A program made the position numbers and the translations under genes. Shown here in pieces: positions 1-13,423 of a stretch of 64,000 bases of DNA (its first letter is position 1; each line of letters starts with the position of its first letter). Source of the stretch: Octopus vulgaris (taxonomy: Eukaryota); NCBI GenBank assembly GCA_951406725.2, contig OX597840.1, positions 18,414,001 to 18,478,000 of the forward strand, written 5' to 3'. Under the pieces are notes generated by a model. The model did no database searches. It had not been told where the DNA came from and saw only the letters and a list, made by a program, of their open reading frames with translations.

Positions 1-111
1 CTATCCATCTCTCTCTCTCTATCCGTCTATCTATCTATCTATTTGTCTATTTGTCTATCTATCTATCTATCTATACATCGCTTCTTTTTGTTATTTTTGT
101 CTCTCTGCATA

Positions 112-142
<31 letters not shown>

Positions 143-147
143 ATGTT

Positions 148-202
<55 letters not shown>

Positions 203-207
203 ATGTT

Positions 208-247
<40 letters not shown>

Positions 248-252
248 AACAT

Positions 253-295
<43 letters not shown>

Positions 296-323
296 AACAT
301 ATTCATATATATGATATGATATG

Positions 324-376
<53 letters not shown>

Positions 377-660
377 AATAAACTGAATATTGAAATCTAC
401 GTAAGTTCAATGCTAAAAGAAATCACACCCATCCATACACACACGCGCGCACAAACACACTCACAAAACGTACACAAACCCACCTACAAGCACGCACAAC
501 ACACCCACAAACAGCACACACACACACACGCATATATAGGTTGTTGAATCCACACACACGCAGGCGCAACACGACCTCTTTCTGTTGTAGCACCACACAT
601 GCGCACACACACAACCACCGACACACATAGGATATATACACACGCGCGCACGTTGCTCTC
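1..660. repeat. Compound microsatellite (CTAT)n/(TA)n/(TG)n/(CA)n upstream of the putative first exon
   Basis: Directly visible; includes a duplicated ~60-bp TA-rich unit. Confidence 0.95.
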
Positions 661-728
661 ACACAGACACAAACAGTAAGAGAGAGAGAGATTTCGGAAC
701 GAAGAACTTCGTGTACATTATTAGCAGC

Positions 729-813
729 ATGGTCGCAAAACGTGACGGATTTTGGATATTACTCTACCTTATTTTATTTCTTTCTGGAATATTTGGACAG
801 AATATCAGTCCAG
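729..813 (+). CDS. Putative first coding exon encoding a signal peptide (MVAKRDGFWILLYLILFLSGIFG|QNISP) of an unidentified secreted/cell-surface protein
   Basis: ATG in good context (agcagcATGg); basic n-region KR, hydrophobic core FWILLYLILFL, I-F-G before Q; followed by CCAG|GTTTGT donor (phase 1) and AT-rich intron-like sequence. Confidence 0.65.
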
Positions 814-1960
814 GTTTGTTGCATTTAATTATTCTTTTAAATAAATCTTTACTTTCATCGCCCTTCTTTCTTTTTCCCTCTTCGTCTCTGGAACCAAATT
901 CTTTACTCTACAAAATTTCTCTGATGCTACGTTGCTACATAACCAGTATTGATGTCTCTACTCGGTCGCTTGATTTACTAGAAATAACAGTCAAATCTTC
1001 CTCAAATTACACTTTACTGTCTTCAAAGAGAGGGATAGGTTTTGTTGATGTCACTTTTGTTCCTGTTAAGAAGTGGTGTTTTTTTTAAATACGTGTTATT
1101 CGAAGTCCCATACTTTCATGGGAAAGGAAAAGAGTACAGAAAGGGGGGGGGGGAGTGAACGCAAAAATGTAAAAAAAAAATTAAGTTTTGGGGAAAATAT
1201 TCTTGGAATTAGGATTTCCGTTGTATGAAATACAGGAATATTTTTGTACGAAAGCTTCCCCTTTACTTTTCCTTTCCCATGAGATGAGGGACTTCGAAGG
1301 ACAGCTATGCCAAAATTCCACCAAGGAAGGATGGTCATGGATGGATTACCTTTTTATTATAGACGTTATCGGTCAGAGTCGACCTGTGGCTAAACAACAA
1401 CTTTACGTGTTAACGATGGTGCCTCTATGTGGTTAGTCCATGTGCTAGAAATAGCAGCCGAAATCCTGGCAGAATCGTTAGGATGCTTTGTGGTATTTCA
1501 TTATAGTATTTCGTCAAGTTCTGAGTTCAAATCTCGCCCATGTTAAACATTTTGCTTTTTGGCCATCCCCTCTCTTCCGGGGTTAAAAAAAGAATAAAGT
1601 GCTCGCTAAGTAGTGAGGGTTCGAGTTTAATATGCTTTCGGGGTTCTAAATGGAACCTACAATATTACCCCCGATATTTCCTATAAAAGAATCTTAGATG
1701 AGACTAGAATTTCAGAAGCTTCACAATCTAAGTTCGAATCATATCGAGGTAAACTTTTCTTGCTTATCCTCCCTCTGGGGGTAGTGTATAATACTTTCCC
1801 TTACAGACACAAGTCCCGAAATTTTTGTGGGGTCAATTAAATCGATCTCAGTGCTTAACTGATTCTTATTTTATCGATCTCGAAAGAATGAAAGGCAAAG
1901 TAAAGTCGAAGAATCAAAATGTAAAGTTGGTGAACGCATAACAACAATATACCAGTTTAG

Positions 1961-2375
1961 AAGGGTGGCGAGCTGGCAGAATGGTTAGCACGCCGGGCGG
2001 AATGCTTAGCGGTATTTTGTCTGTCATTACGTTCTGAGTTCAAATTCTGCCGAGGTCGACTTTGCCTTTCATCCTTTCGGGGTCGATAAATTAAGAACCA
2101 GTTACGCATTGGCGTCGATATAATCGACTTAATGCCTTTGTCTGTCCTTGTTTGTCCCCTTTGTGTTTAGCCCCTTGTGGGTAATAAAGAAATAGGTATT
2201 TCGTCTGCCGCTACGTTCTGAGTTCAAATTCCGCCGAGGTCGACTTTGCCTTTCATCCTTTCGGGGGTCGATTAAATAAGTATCAGTTACGCACTGGGGT
2301 CGATATAATCGACTTAATCCCTTCATCTGTCCTTTTTTGTCCCCTCTATGTTTCGCCCCCTGTAGGCAATAAATT
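1961..2375 (+). mobile_element. SINE family B (tRNA-like head, Meta/Sauria-like central domain), dimer
   Basis: Head ggcgagctggcagaa, B-box-like gagttcaaatt, core gtcgactttgcctttcatcctttcggggtcgataaattaagtaccag; ~184-bp unit repeated. Confidence 0.85.
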
Positions 2376-2895
2376 CAGAAGAGTTAATATAATATTCCTA
2401 TAGAGTATTTTACATGCCTGTAGAACTTGCGATTCTTGGAGTTCTTAATTAAAATCACACCAAGGTAAACTTTACCAAACCTCCCTCTGGGTTTGCTTGA
2501 AATAAAACAACAGTTTAGTTAATGAGGGGTCGATTTCATACTTCCCGTAAACCATTCGAGATGGGACTGGAATTATACTGAAAAGACAAGATTTTTCACT
2601 AACAACAAAAATAACATAATTATTGATATACGAACAGACGTGGTGTCGCGACTGGAGCGCTTTCTGTCATAGATGAGCTGATTCTATAATATATTGTATT
2701 TGTGTCTGTGAGTTTAAACACCTTTCTAACGCCTGTAAGATATTCTATTCGATGTTCGTGACCCCTTCTTGTTGTTGTTCAGCTTCCTAGTCATCCCTAA
2801 TTAACTCGACAGCTGTGTTTTGAGCATGGAATCCCTTTGATCATTATCAAAGGGATTCCACATTATGAACATCCCATTCTTATTTACTCCTTTCA

Positions 2896-3018
2896 GGACA
2901 ATCTTTCGGTATTGGTAGATGACGTCATTCACTCTCTTTTTCAGCTTAGCTTCTTTGTGTCATAAAGGAGCGTTGTATGGGTGAATGACGTCGTCTACTA
3001 ATACCGAAAAATTGCTCC
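2896..3018. repeat. Small inverted-repeat element (MITE-like)
   Basis: caatctttcggtattggtagatgacgtcattcac mirrored by gtgaatgacgtcgtctactaataccgaaaaattg. Confidence 0.7.
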
Positions 3019-3899
3019 TTTATGTGTTCCGGCCCAAAAGTTGTGACCATCCTCGCGTCCCACCATTTAAAAATACTGCGTTTTCATGTCGAGAATTGAA
3101 ACCGGATTACCCGGGTAAAAACTAGGAACAGTATTTTTTTCGGACAATATAAATGCAAGGACCACATTTATCTACTGTAACTTTCCTTCTTTCTTTTGTT
3201 GTTAATCAAACGCGTTCCAACCGTGACCATTCGTTCGTTTTATCTTCTCAGGGCGTGATGTATCTTAGGAATACATTGTCAAATTTATCACCCCATTTTC
3301 TTTATAAATATAGCTATTTACTTTTGGAACAGTAGGTTTGTGACTTGAAGGGAGATTTGGCTACTATTTCTAGCAAATCCACCGACCGCGTAAAGTAGGC
3401 TTACCAGCCTTATGAAAAGACTAAAACGACAATTTCACAGATAACGTTTTTTAGTGCAAAATCAACCACCATGTATACTAAAATACTTTTTATCGAGACT
3501 CACTGCTTGGTCTTCGATTTGATGTAGCCTTGAGCTTCTTTCTGTGTAACTTGTCGGACTTCTTCCTCTATTATTGTCCACTTTAATAAAAAAATTAATA
3601 ATAGCGGGCCAGCCTAGCGGTGAGGTAAGAAGCTGGTTTTTCAGCCACATAGTTCCGGGTTCAGTCCGTATTTAGGACAAATGAGGACCCTACTTGACTC
3701 CTTTATGTTGAAAGATAACGTGTAAAAGCGTTCACATTAGTAATTTCACTTTTGTAACTTTTAGGAAAAAACATTTAAACGTTTGATATTTGAAAAATTC
3801 ATCGCGAAAAATTGGGGGTAGAGGCAGGAAGATGCTTGCTCCTGGTCAACAAGGCCCTGTGCTTAAGCACACTTAAGCACAATGGTAAATCCGGCTCTG

Positions 3900-4185
3900 G
3901 TAGCACCTTGGGCGTCTTCTACTGTAGCCTCGGGCTGACTAAATCCTTGTTAGTAGAAGAAAACTGAAAGAAGCCCGTCGTGTGTTTGTGTGTATGCGTG
4001 AGTGTAACTTTGTGTCTGATCTCCACCACCGTTTAACAACCGGCGTTAGTGTGTTTATGTCCGTAACCTAGCAGTCCGGCAAAAAGTTACCGATACAATA
4101 AACACCAGACTTAGGGGAAAAAAAGTCAATTTGTTCGATTAAACTCATAAGTGGGGTGCCCCAGCATGAAACAAGTAAATATAAA
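3900..4185 (+). mobile_element. Degenerate SINE family A
   Basis: aaactgaaagaagcccgtcg and gccccagcatg motifs shared with full copies. Confidence 0.7.
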
Positions 4186-5110
4186 ACAATAATTAAAACA
4201 AACATAGATGACCCTTAATTATTTTGAAGGGAACTCTCTTGTAGAATGTGGGGGCCTTAAACTGTAGGTTTAGTTTATGACTAATTCGGAGAGAATGAGT
4301 GGATGAGAAAGAGGGGTAAGTGGTTAAGAAAGGTAGACCCAAAGATTTGGTAATTAAACTTCAGTGAAATTTTAAGAAAGTTTTGAAATATTTTCTCAAC
4401 ATTACTCAGGACTTTGATGATAATAGGTCCTAAAGGAGTTTAGAAGTAAACTCGGAGGGCCATAAGTTTCCCATGGCAAGCCCAGAGTCAATCCTTCGTT
4501 GGGTCGGGTGGGGTCGTCTCTATTTCTTACTCATTTACTTCCGTACCATCGCAGAAAAACCAAAATTTCTTCGCCGGTTCTCAAGAAATCGTACGATCTT
4601 AACCTACCTCCACTCCTCTCTTCCCTCTTTTGCGCGTGCGCCCTGTCTGTCTGTTTGTCTGTCTGTCTGTCTCCTTCTCTCTCTCTCTCTCTCTCGACAA
4701 GAGTGTTTCTGCCTAATCACTCGGCTTGCTAGAAATAGCAGCTGAATCCCCTTCAAACCACACAGTCTTGATAAAGAAATACACGATGGACAATGTTGTC
4801 CTAATATTCACTTACGCCTAAACAAAAAGATAAAACTGAAAAGTATAGGTGGGGTGGTTAAGGCTGGAATGTCTTTTGTTAACACTGGTAGATCAGTAAA
4901 CTCGAGCTAAACGATAAATTTTCTCTTAAGCTCACTCAAACCAGAATTCTGTTTACGAAGACTTTTTGTCTGTTTCTACACCGACACAAACATATAACTT
5001 CACATACAAATTGGAGGAGGCACTCCAGTCTGGCCTTAGCTACAATCATCTAAAAACAAACTAAGCAAACATACATATATAGATAAACACATCTGCGTGT
5101 GTATAAACAA

Positions 5111-5141
<31 letters not shown>

Positions 5142-6148
5142 CACATATATAGATATACACACCCGTGTGTATGTGTATATACGTAATGTACATACCATCA
5201 GCATTGACCAGCTGATAATACATTCATCGTGTATTTTTAATTTCCCTACATCTTAGGGTCTCTCTCTCTCTTTCTCTCTCTCTCGCTCTATACACACACA
5301 CACATACAAACTCTTCATATAGCTGTATTCACACACATACACACACACACACACATTCGTACATATTCACATATTTTAACTTAGACATACCTTCTCTTTT
5401 CACATAGTTTTTAAATATTTTAATCTACGCACGCACACACTTGTTCTTATCTTTACACTCACACACTCTTACTGTTATCTTTACACACAAGCACATACAC
5501 ACACACACTCTCTCTCTCTCTCACTTTCTCTCTCCTCTCATCAATACAGACACACACATTCTGTCTGTCTGTCTCTCCACACTCACAAACACACAGACAT
5601 TATAGTCTTCCTATCTTAACACTCTCACACTTCAAATGTTTTTTTTTCCTTTCCCCATATGAAGACCAACTTATCAATTTTTCGCTTTTTATATCCGTGT
5701 GCTCACAGTAATTCTTTTTACACACACACACACATCTTTCTTTCCACTCGTACACAGCTCTCTCTCTCTCTCTCTTTCGCTCCCTTCTTACACACTTCCC
5801 TCTCACTTCTCATACACATATTCTCACACAAATCTTTTCTTTCATACGCACACTTATAAACAAGTTCCTTTTAGCACTCCCACTTCCATAAACACACACA
5901 CACACAGACACACATTCTCTTCCCCCACCTCTCTCTCTCTGTCTCTCATTTTAAAAACTTTTTCTGTGTCCATTCATACATGAAACTACAAACAAGTTTC
6001 TCACGTTCTCTGTTGCATGCTCGCAAACGCAATACACACACACACACACACATTCACTGTCTTCCACACGCACACACACACGCTGAAACATAGATACACT
6101 AACACACATTCACATACTACCTATTTTCTCAGAATTATACTCATACAC

Positions 6149-6314
6149 AGGCGCAGGAGTGGCTGTGTGGTAAGTAGCTTGTTTACCAACCACATGGTTC
6201 CGGGTTCAGTCCCACTGCGTGGCATCTTGGGCAAGTGTCTTCTACTATAGCCTCGGGCCGACCAAAGCTTTGTGAGTGGATTTGGTAGAAGGAAACTGAA
6301 AGAAGCCCGTCGTA

Positions 6315-6356
<42 letters not shown>

Positions 6357-6568
6357 TGTGTGTGTTTGTGTGTCTGCGTTTGTGCCCCTAGCATTGCTTG
6401 ACAACCGATGCTGGTGTGTTTATGTCCCCGTCACTTAACGGTTCGGCAAAAGAGACCGATAGAATAAGTACTGGGCTTACAAAGAATAAGTCCCGGGGTC
6501 GAGTTGCTCGATTAAAGGCGGTGCTCCAGCATGGCCGCATTCAAATGACTGAAACAAGTAAAAGAGTA
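6149..6568 (+). mobile_element. SINE family A, full length (tRNA-like head, central TA/TG microsatellite, aagtaaaagag tail)
   Basis: aggcgcaggagtggctgtgtggtaag...ggttcagtccc...ttgggcaagt...gaaacaagtaaaagag; nearly identical to 61870-62288. Confidence 0.9.
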
Positions 6569-7372
6569 CACATACACACACACTCACACACTCTCTCTCT
6601 CTCTCTCTCTCTCAGAATTGTCCCGGGAACCACCAAAATCCTTCATTCATTCTGAGATGTTGATAAAGAATCTAGTTATTGTGACATCAACTGGCCACAT
6701 CAGAGGGTGTTGGGCATGGATGGCTTGTTTGTAGGCGTGGATCTGTGATATATAGGTGTCTCCTTTCCCTGTTTAGAGCCAGACGAAGGACCCTTTAGTA
6801 AAAGAATGGCCAATTTTATTTTATTTTCCTAAATCTTTCCAACTCAAGAAACGACGTGACTACAAAAGCGAGACTTCTCAACCGTATAGCCATTCCTGCT
6901 GAGGATAATTTTCCGCTTTCCAATCTGTGATCGTAAACCGAAAGATTATCTGCTGCAAACTCAAACGTACAACACAAACACACACTTCCTAAAGCAATCA
7001 AAAGGAAAACTAGACATGTCATTGAGTTTCAGTTCACGCTATTCCGTTATATTATTCCTCTCTTCTCTCTCTCTTTCTCTCTCTGCCCTCTGCCCCCTTC
7101 AACTGGCAATTGTTGATGTAATTACTACTCAATTAAGGGACCAATTTACTGACACAGGATCCTTTCACGAAATCAGCACCAACAAAACAAAACAAAGAAA
7201 ATGATATACTACAAATGAGAAAATGAAACTAGGAAAAAAAAAAACAGACCCACGTATTTCTTATCTGGTCTTTCCTTTATCTTCTATGTAATAAGTGTGT
7301 GTGTGTGTGTGTATAAATATTTTTTCTAATTCTCTCGTAGATGTTCAGTAACAGTTCTTTAAAGTAAAGGCG

Positions 7373-7910
7373 TTTCTGCTCTAGGCACAAGGCCCGAAAT
7401 TTTGGGAGAGGGGGGTCAGTCGATTATATCGACCCCAGTACGCAACTGGTGCTTAATTTATCGACCCCGAAAGGATGAAAGGCAAAGTCGACCTCGGCGG
7501 AATTTGAACTCAGAACGTAAAGACAAACGAAATACCTATTTCTTTACTACCCACAAGTAGTACTACCCACAGAGAGGACAAACAAGGACAGACAAACGGA
7601 TCAAGTCGATTACATTGACACCAGTTCGCAACTGGTACTTAATTTATCGACCCCGAAAGGATGAAAGGCAAAGTCGACCTCGGCGGAATTTGAACACAGA
7701 ACGTAGCGGCAGACGAAATACCTATTTCTTTATTACCCACAAGGGGCTAAACATAGAGGGGACAAACAAGGACAGACATAGGTATTAAGTCGATTACATC
7801 GACCCCAGTGCGTAACTGGTACTTAATTTATCGACCTCGAAAGGATGAAAGGCAAAGTCGACCTTGGCGGAATTTAAACTCAGAACGTAACAGCAGACGA
7901 AATACCGAAA
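7373..7910 (-). mobile_element. SINE family B trimer
   Basis: Three gaaaggatgaaaggcaaagtcgacct units ~185 bp apart. Confidence 0.85.
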
Positions 7911-8072
7911 TACCTTGTTTAAAGTAGTGTGGCAGTCCTAGATGGGACGAATGTTACTGTTGTTTAACCCCAGGAAGCGTCGCTTCCAGCTGGCTATACG
8001 ACACAATATCTGTGTTTTTGTATTTACGAACAGGGACAGCTTGTTCGAAATAGCCTTTACTTTATATAAATA

Positions 8073-8765
8073 TTCTTTTACTTGTTTGTCATTTGACTGC
8101 GGCCATGCTGGAGCACCGCCTTGCAGGGTTTTAGTCGAACAAATCAACGCCAGTACTTAATTTCTAAGCCTAGTACTTATTCTGTCTGTCTCTTTAGCTG
8201 AAACGCTAAGTTACGGGGACATAACGGCACCAACACCGGTTGTCAAACACAGACACAAAGGCACATACATTTATACATACATACGGAGAATGTTTTATAT
8301 GTATGCAATGAAAGCCGCTTATTGTGATCACTTTGCGACCGAGCACTTGCCTTGGGGCCCCTGGCAGGTAGGGCTTGTGATATATCGATACAATTCACGC
8401 GGCATATTGGCCAGAGGCTTAATGACCGAATGGTCAAAAGCATCCCGGCCATATCTATCCTGTCTTTTTTTTATAGCTGAGTGGTAATGAAGTTTGGTTC
8501 TTTACCACATGGTTCCGGGTTCAGTCCCACTGCGTGGCACCTTGGACAAGTGTCTTCTACTATAGCCCTAAGCCAACCAATGCTGTGTGGGTGAATTTGG
8601 TAGATGCAAACTGCGAGGAATCCATTCAAGTGTGTGTGTGGCTCCGCGTCTCTTGACAACCGTCGTTGGTTTGTTAACCGTCGTTGGTTTGTTAACGTTC
8701 TCATAACCTAGTGGCGGTGCCTTAACATTGCCGCAATCCAACGAATGGAACAAGTAAAAAGGACA
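8073..8765. mobile_element. SINE A fragments (8073-8260 minus, 8475-8765 plus)
   Basis: Similarity to family A consensus. Confidence 0.75.
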
Positions 8766-8809
8766 TAGATTTATCTTGGACAATTTTGTGAAGAAAATTC
8801 TTTAAGACA

Positions 8810-9080
8810 CGGTTGGATATGATTTGTGGGGGGGATTTGGCTGCTATTTCTTGCATGTCGAATCTCGTACAGTTCCTCCCCCCACCTCTATCCTGCATTG
8901 GCTTGTTTGGTTGCTTCAGGTGGTTTGTTGTTTAGCCCTAGTTCAACCTTATGGCCAGGGCTACCCACTGGAGGCATTCTAGCCGTGTCCATTCCATCGA
9001 TTTCTGGGTATGTGTAAGATTACATCATCAAATACGTACGTTTTCCCTTATATTCAAGACGGCTGTTGTTTCTAGCTGAC
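8810..9080 (-). mobile_element. Old interspersed family F (gatttggctgctatttctagc / gttgtttagccccagg motifs; probable SINE with (AAC)n tail); degenerate copies also near 1300, 3200, 4720, 19600, 21940, 29810, 33780, 40370, 48830, 49410, 56080, 56290, 59990
   Basis: Recurrent degenerate motifs on both strands. Confidence 0.65.
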
Positions 9081-9324
9081 CGAGGGGCCTTGTAGAAACA
9101 TCCTCGAAGGGTTGGGGGAAAAGAGAGGGAGAGAGACGAAGGTAGTGGTGATTCTACACGGTTTCCATTCCTTGGTAGAGTCATTTGCATCTTTTGGGAT
9201 TAACAAGTTGTTTTTTCGAGTTACGGTTTGGGTTAGAAATGGTGACAAGGAACCAGCGTGGGACATGTCTATCGCGAAGAAAGAAGGAAAAAGTTCTCGA
9301 ATTTCAAAAACAACATCCCCCAAT

Positions 9325-9775
9325 TCCTCTTTTTTTCTCTCCTCTCTTTTTCTTGTTTCTTTCCGTTTTCTTTCTTTCCTTTTTTCTCCTTTTCTTTTTT
9401 CAATTTTATTTCTTTTTTCTTTCCTTTCTTTTTCGTTTTTCATTCTCCCCCTCTCTTATCTTTATTTTTCTATTTTTCTATATTTTTTCTTTCTTTGCTC
9501 ATTTCTCCCTCTCTTCTTTCTTTCTTTCTCTTCCCTTCTCTAAGTTTCTTTGCTTTCTCTTTTTCTTCCTTCCTTCCTTCCTTTCTGTCTGCTTCTTTCT
9601 TGCTTTCTCTTTTATTTCTCTCATTCTTTGTCCTTCTTTCTTTTCTTCCTTTCTTTCTTTCCTTATTTTCTTCCCCTTATCTCTTACTCTCCTTTTTTTC
9701 GCTTTTCTCTTTCTCTTTCCTTCTCTGTCTTCATTTCATTTTTCCTTCCTTCCTTCCTCCCTCCCTTCCTTCCAA
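9325..9775. repeat. Polypyrimidine low-complexity tract
   Basis: Directly visible. Confidence 0.95.
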
Positions 9776-10184
9776 TTTCAGATAAGGGCCATTAATTGAA
9801 ATTTGAGATTTTTTTCCGCATTTTTCTTCTTCCCTATTTCACATCATTATAAACACAACATAGACCCCATTTCTACAAAAAAGGGGCTGCCATCTCTAAA
9901 TTTCAGATTTCTATTTATAAATCCCACCCTTCATATCATAAGTACACCCATTCATATTACTTATATCCACCCATACACCCCTGATAAGGACCATCACATC
10001 GAAGCTGGAGACAGTTTTATTTTCTCTGTTTTCCTCATCACGTCGTAAGACGTCTCCCCACGAAGACGATAAAAGTTGCGGGTCAGCGAGGTCGCCCACC
10101 TTAGTAGAAATAACAGCCACATTTCCTTCAGATCAGGGGTACATTAGATAATGCAGACCACTATCTGTGTGTATGTGTGCGTAT

Positions 10185-10252
<68 letters not shown>

Positions 10253-10273
10253 GCACACATATATATACATATA

Positions 10274-10761
10274 TGGACGCAGGCGCGGCTCTGTGGTTAG
10301 AGTTTGCTTCCCAACCACATGGTTCCGGGTTCAGTCCCTCTGCGTGACACTTGGGCAAGTGTCTTCTACTATAGCCTCGGGCCGACCAAAGCCTTGTGAG
10401 TGGAGTTGGTAGACGGAAACTAAAAGAAGCCCGTCGTATATATGTATATATATATGCGTGTGTGTATGTTTGTGTGTCTGCGTTTGCCCCCCTAGCTGTG
10501 CTTGACAACCGATGCTGGTGTGTTTATGTCCCCGTCACTTAGCAGTTCGGCAAAAGAGACCGATAGAATAAGTACTGGGCTTACAAAGAATAAGTCCCGG
10601 GGTCGAGTTGCTCGATTAAAGGCCGACAAAAGCCTTGTGGGTGGATCTGGAAGACGGAAACTGAAAGAAGCCCGTCGTATATATGTGTGTATGTGTGTGT
10701 GTGTTTCTGTTTGTTCCCCCACCATCGCTTTACAACCGATGTTGGTGTGTTTACGTCCCCG
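10274..10761 (+). mobile_element. SINE A with internal re-duplication of its middle segment (10621-10761)
   Basis: Sequence jumps from gctcgattaaa back to ggccgac-aaagccttgtg. Confidence 0.85.
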
Positions 10762-10889
10762 TTTGCACCTATGGTGCACCACAATTGTTTGTATAGCATC
10801 TCACCTACGAGGTACCGATGCATGGTGCGTCGAAGCGATCGTAGTGGATAAAGAGGCGTGAATTTCAATCTCTCTCTCTCATATATATA

Positions 10890-11108
10890 TATTTCTTGAC
10901 TGCCCACAAGGGGCTGAACATAGAGGGGACAAACAAGGTCAGACAAAGGGATTAAGTCGATTACATCGACCCAGTGCGAAACTGGTACTTTATTTATCGA
11001 CCTCGAAAGGATGAAAGGCAAAGTCGATCTCGGCGGAATTTGAACTCAGAACTTTAATGGGAGACGAAATACGGCTACGCATTTCGCCCGACGTGCTAAC
11101 GATTCTGT

Positions 11109-11144
<36 letters not shown>

Positions 11145-11812
11145 TGTTTAGACAGACGGTCGTGGCTGGAATAAGCTTCATCGCATCTCTGTCTACCGGA
11201 TCAGCGCCCGAACAACAACGATAAGGGACTCCTAAGTGTCATATCGTAATAATAATCTCCGTGTATAATATACCCACTCATCTCTGATAAGGTCTATTAT
11301 CCAGAAATTTGAGATCTTTTTCTGTTTCCCCCCCTCCCCTCTGCACGCTCACACTCTTGGCAATCAGGGTAGCTGCCACTCACGAAATCTTAGAGTTTTC
11401 TGTCTCCTTGTCGTGTCACAAAGACATTACAGGTCTTCTCATCTCCGACAGGCGACGGGATGACGAGTCGTTAAGAGAATAGGACGAAAATATCTTGCAA
11501 TTCTTTTAATCTTTTATTCGTTTCAGTCATTTGACTGCGATAAATTAAGTACCAGTGAAACACTGGTGTCGATATAATCGACTTAATCCGTTTGTCTGTC
11601 CTTGTTTGTCCCCTCTGTGTTTAGCCCCTTGTGGGGAGTAAAGAAATAGGTATTTAGTCTGCCGCTAAGTTCTGAGTTCAAATTCTGCCGAGGTCGACTT
11701 TGCCTTTTATCCTTTCGGGGTCGATGAATTAAGTACCAGTTGTGTACTGGGGTCGATCTAATCGACTGGCCCGCTCCCCCAAATAATTCGGGCTTTGTGC
11801 CTAGAGTAGAAA
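10890..11812. mobile_element. SINE B copies (10890-11108 minus; 11538-11812 plus)
   Basis: Family B core motif in both orientations. Confidence 0.8.
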
Positions 11813-12096
11813 AGACTTCATCCATTGTCCGGTTTAACATAACCCTCACCTGGCATCTTGAGTATCTTCAGTGGTCTTTACTTAATATGCCCAATTCCCC
11901 GATTTGAAGAGACTTCCCGTCTCCTAATCCTCTCTCCCATTAATTTTCGAGACCCTTTGAAGAGACAGGGCGTTCATTTTGTTCCTCTCAAGTTTTGATT
12001 GTTTCATTGGAAAGACGGATAGAACGACAGACAGACAGACAGATAAATAAGATGGACGGATGGATAAATAAGATGGACGGATGGATAAAGTAAATA

Positions 12097-12258
12097 GAGG
12101 CACAGGCGTGACTGTGTGACAAGGAGCTTGCTTCCCAACCACATGCTTCCGGGTTCAATCTCACTGCGTGGTACCTTGGACAACTGTCTTCTATAGCCAC
12201 GAGCCGACCAAAGCCTTGTGAGTAGATTTGGTAGACAGAAATTGAAAGAAGCCCGTCG

Positions 12259-12290
<32 letters not shown>

Positions 12291-12715
12291 CATGTATACG
12301 TATATACATATGCATATGTGGGCAAAGGACATCACAAAACAAACAACAAAAAATACGAAGTACCAGGACATGGAATAAGGACTTTTTTTGTAAGCAATGA
12401 AAGGAAAAATGGAAAACAAGAAAAGCAACACACACACACACACACATATACATACACACACATACATACATACATACATACATACATACATACATGTGTG
12501 TGTGTGTTTGTCCCCCCTCCCATCGCTTAACAACTAATGTTGGTGTGTCTATGTCCCCGTAACCTAGCGGTTCGGCATAAGAGGCCGGTAAAATAAGCAC
12601 TAGGTTTACAAAGAGTAAGTCCCGAGGTCGATTTCTTCGACTAAAACCTTTGAAGTCGGTGCTCCAGCATGGCCGCTGTCCAATGACTGACACGTGTCAG
12701 GGAGTAAAAGAAATA
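12097..12715 (+). mobile_element. SINE A with expanded/interrupted central microsatellite
   Basis: 5' and 3' halves separated by ~250 bp of simple and unique sequence. Confidence 0.8.
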
Positions 12716-13381
12716 AGTAGAAGGATAAATTGTCAGCCCAGGTAGAATTAGGAAATGTAAAACGGTGTTGTTTGACATCCGCTAAACGTAATGTGGATGT
12801 GTGTTTGTATGGTTCAAACAATGAGTTAATTCTATGTCGTGAGGTGTGTGAATGGAAGCGTGCAAGAAATACAAACGTAAATAGCGAAAGCTGGCGAGGA
12901 TGGAATGTATGTGTGTCTGTGTGTGATGATTCAACAAACGGTGTTGTTGGTGGTGGTGGTGTTGTTGATTGGTAAAGCATTGAACCTGGTGCAGCCGATA
13001 ACGATAGGTTTTTTTCATTTTTTACTCGGTTATTTACGTATCTCTGGTATTTTTTCCCCTTTTGTTTCAAGTCTCTCTAACCAACCACGTTGTTATTAAA
13101 ATATCTGCTCTCCTCTCAACCAAACATCCGGATATCCCTCACATCCGTTTCGTTTATCATATCATAGAGAGACAGGTGGGGAGGAGGTGGCGGGAAGGGT
13201 CGTTTAGTTTCGTTTTGGTTTGTTTTCGGTGGGGTTTTTTATTTCTCTTATTTATATTTTCTGGGAAGCACCGACCGATTCTGCTGCTGCTTCTCCGATG
13301 ATTCAGGATTTTGTAATTCCAAGAAACTCGGAGGAGCAGCAGTTATTTATAGTAGGAATGAGTCACCGGCTTTCAATGAAT

Positions 13382-13413
<32 letters not shown>

Positions 13414-13423
13414 GGGGGGGGGG

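Noticed and set aside
814-1088. Continuation of ORF 711-1088 as a 125-aa protein
   Set aside because: After the donor at 813 the sequence is intron-like and runs into repeat family F
6776-6796. Possible 21-nt phase-1 exon (EPDEGPF)
   Set aside because: Donor tta|gtaaaa is poor; no other support
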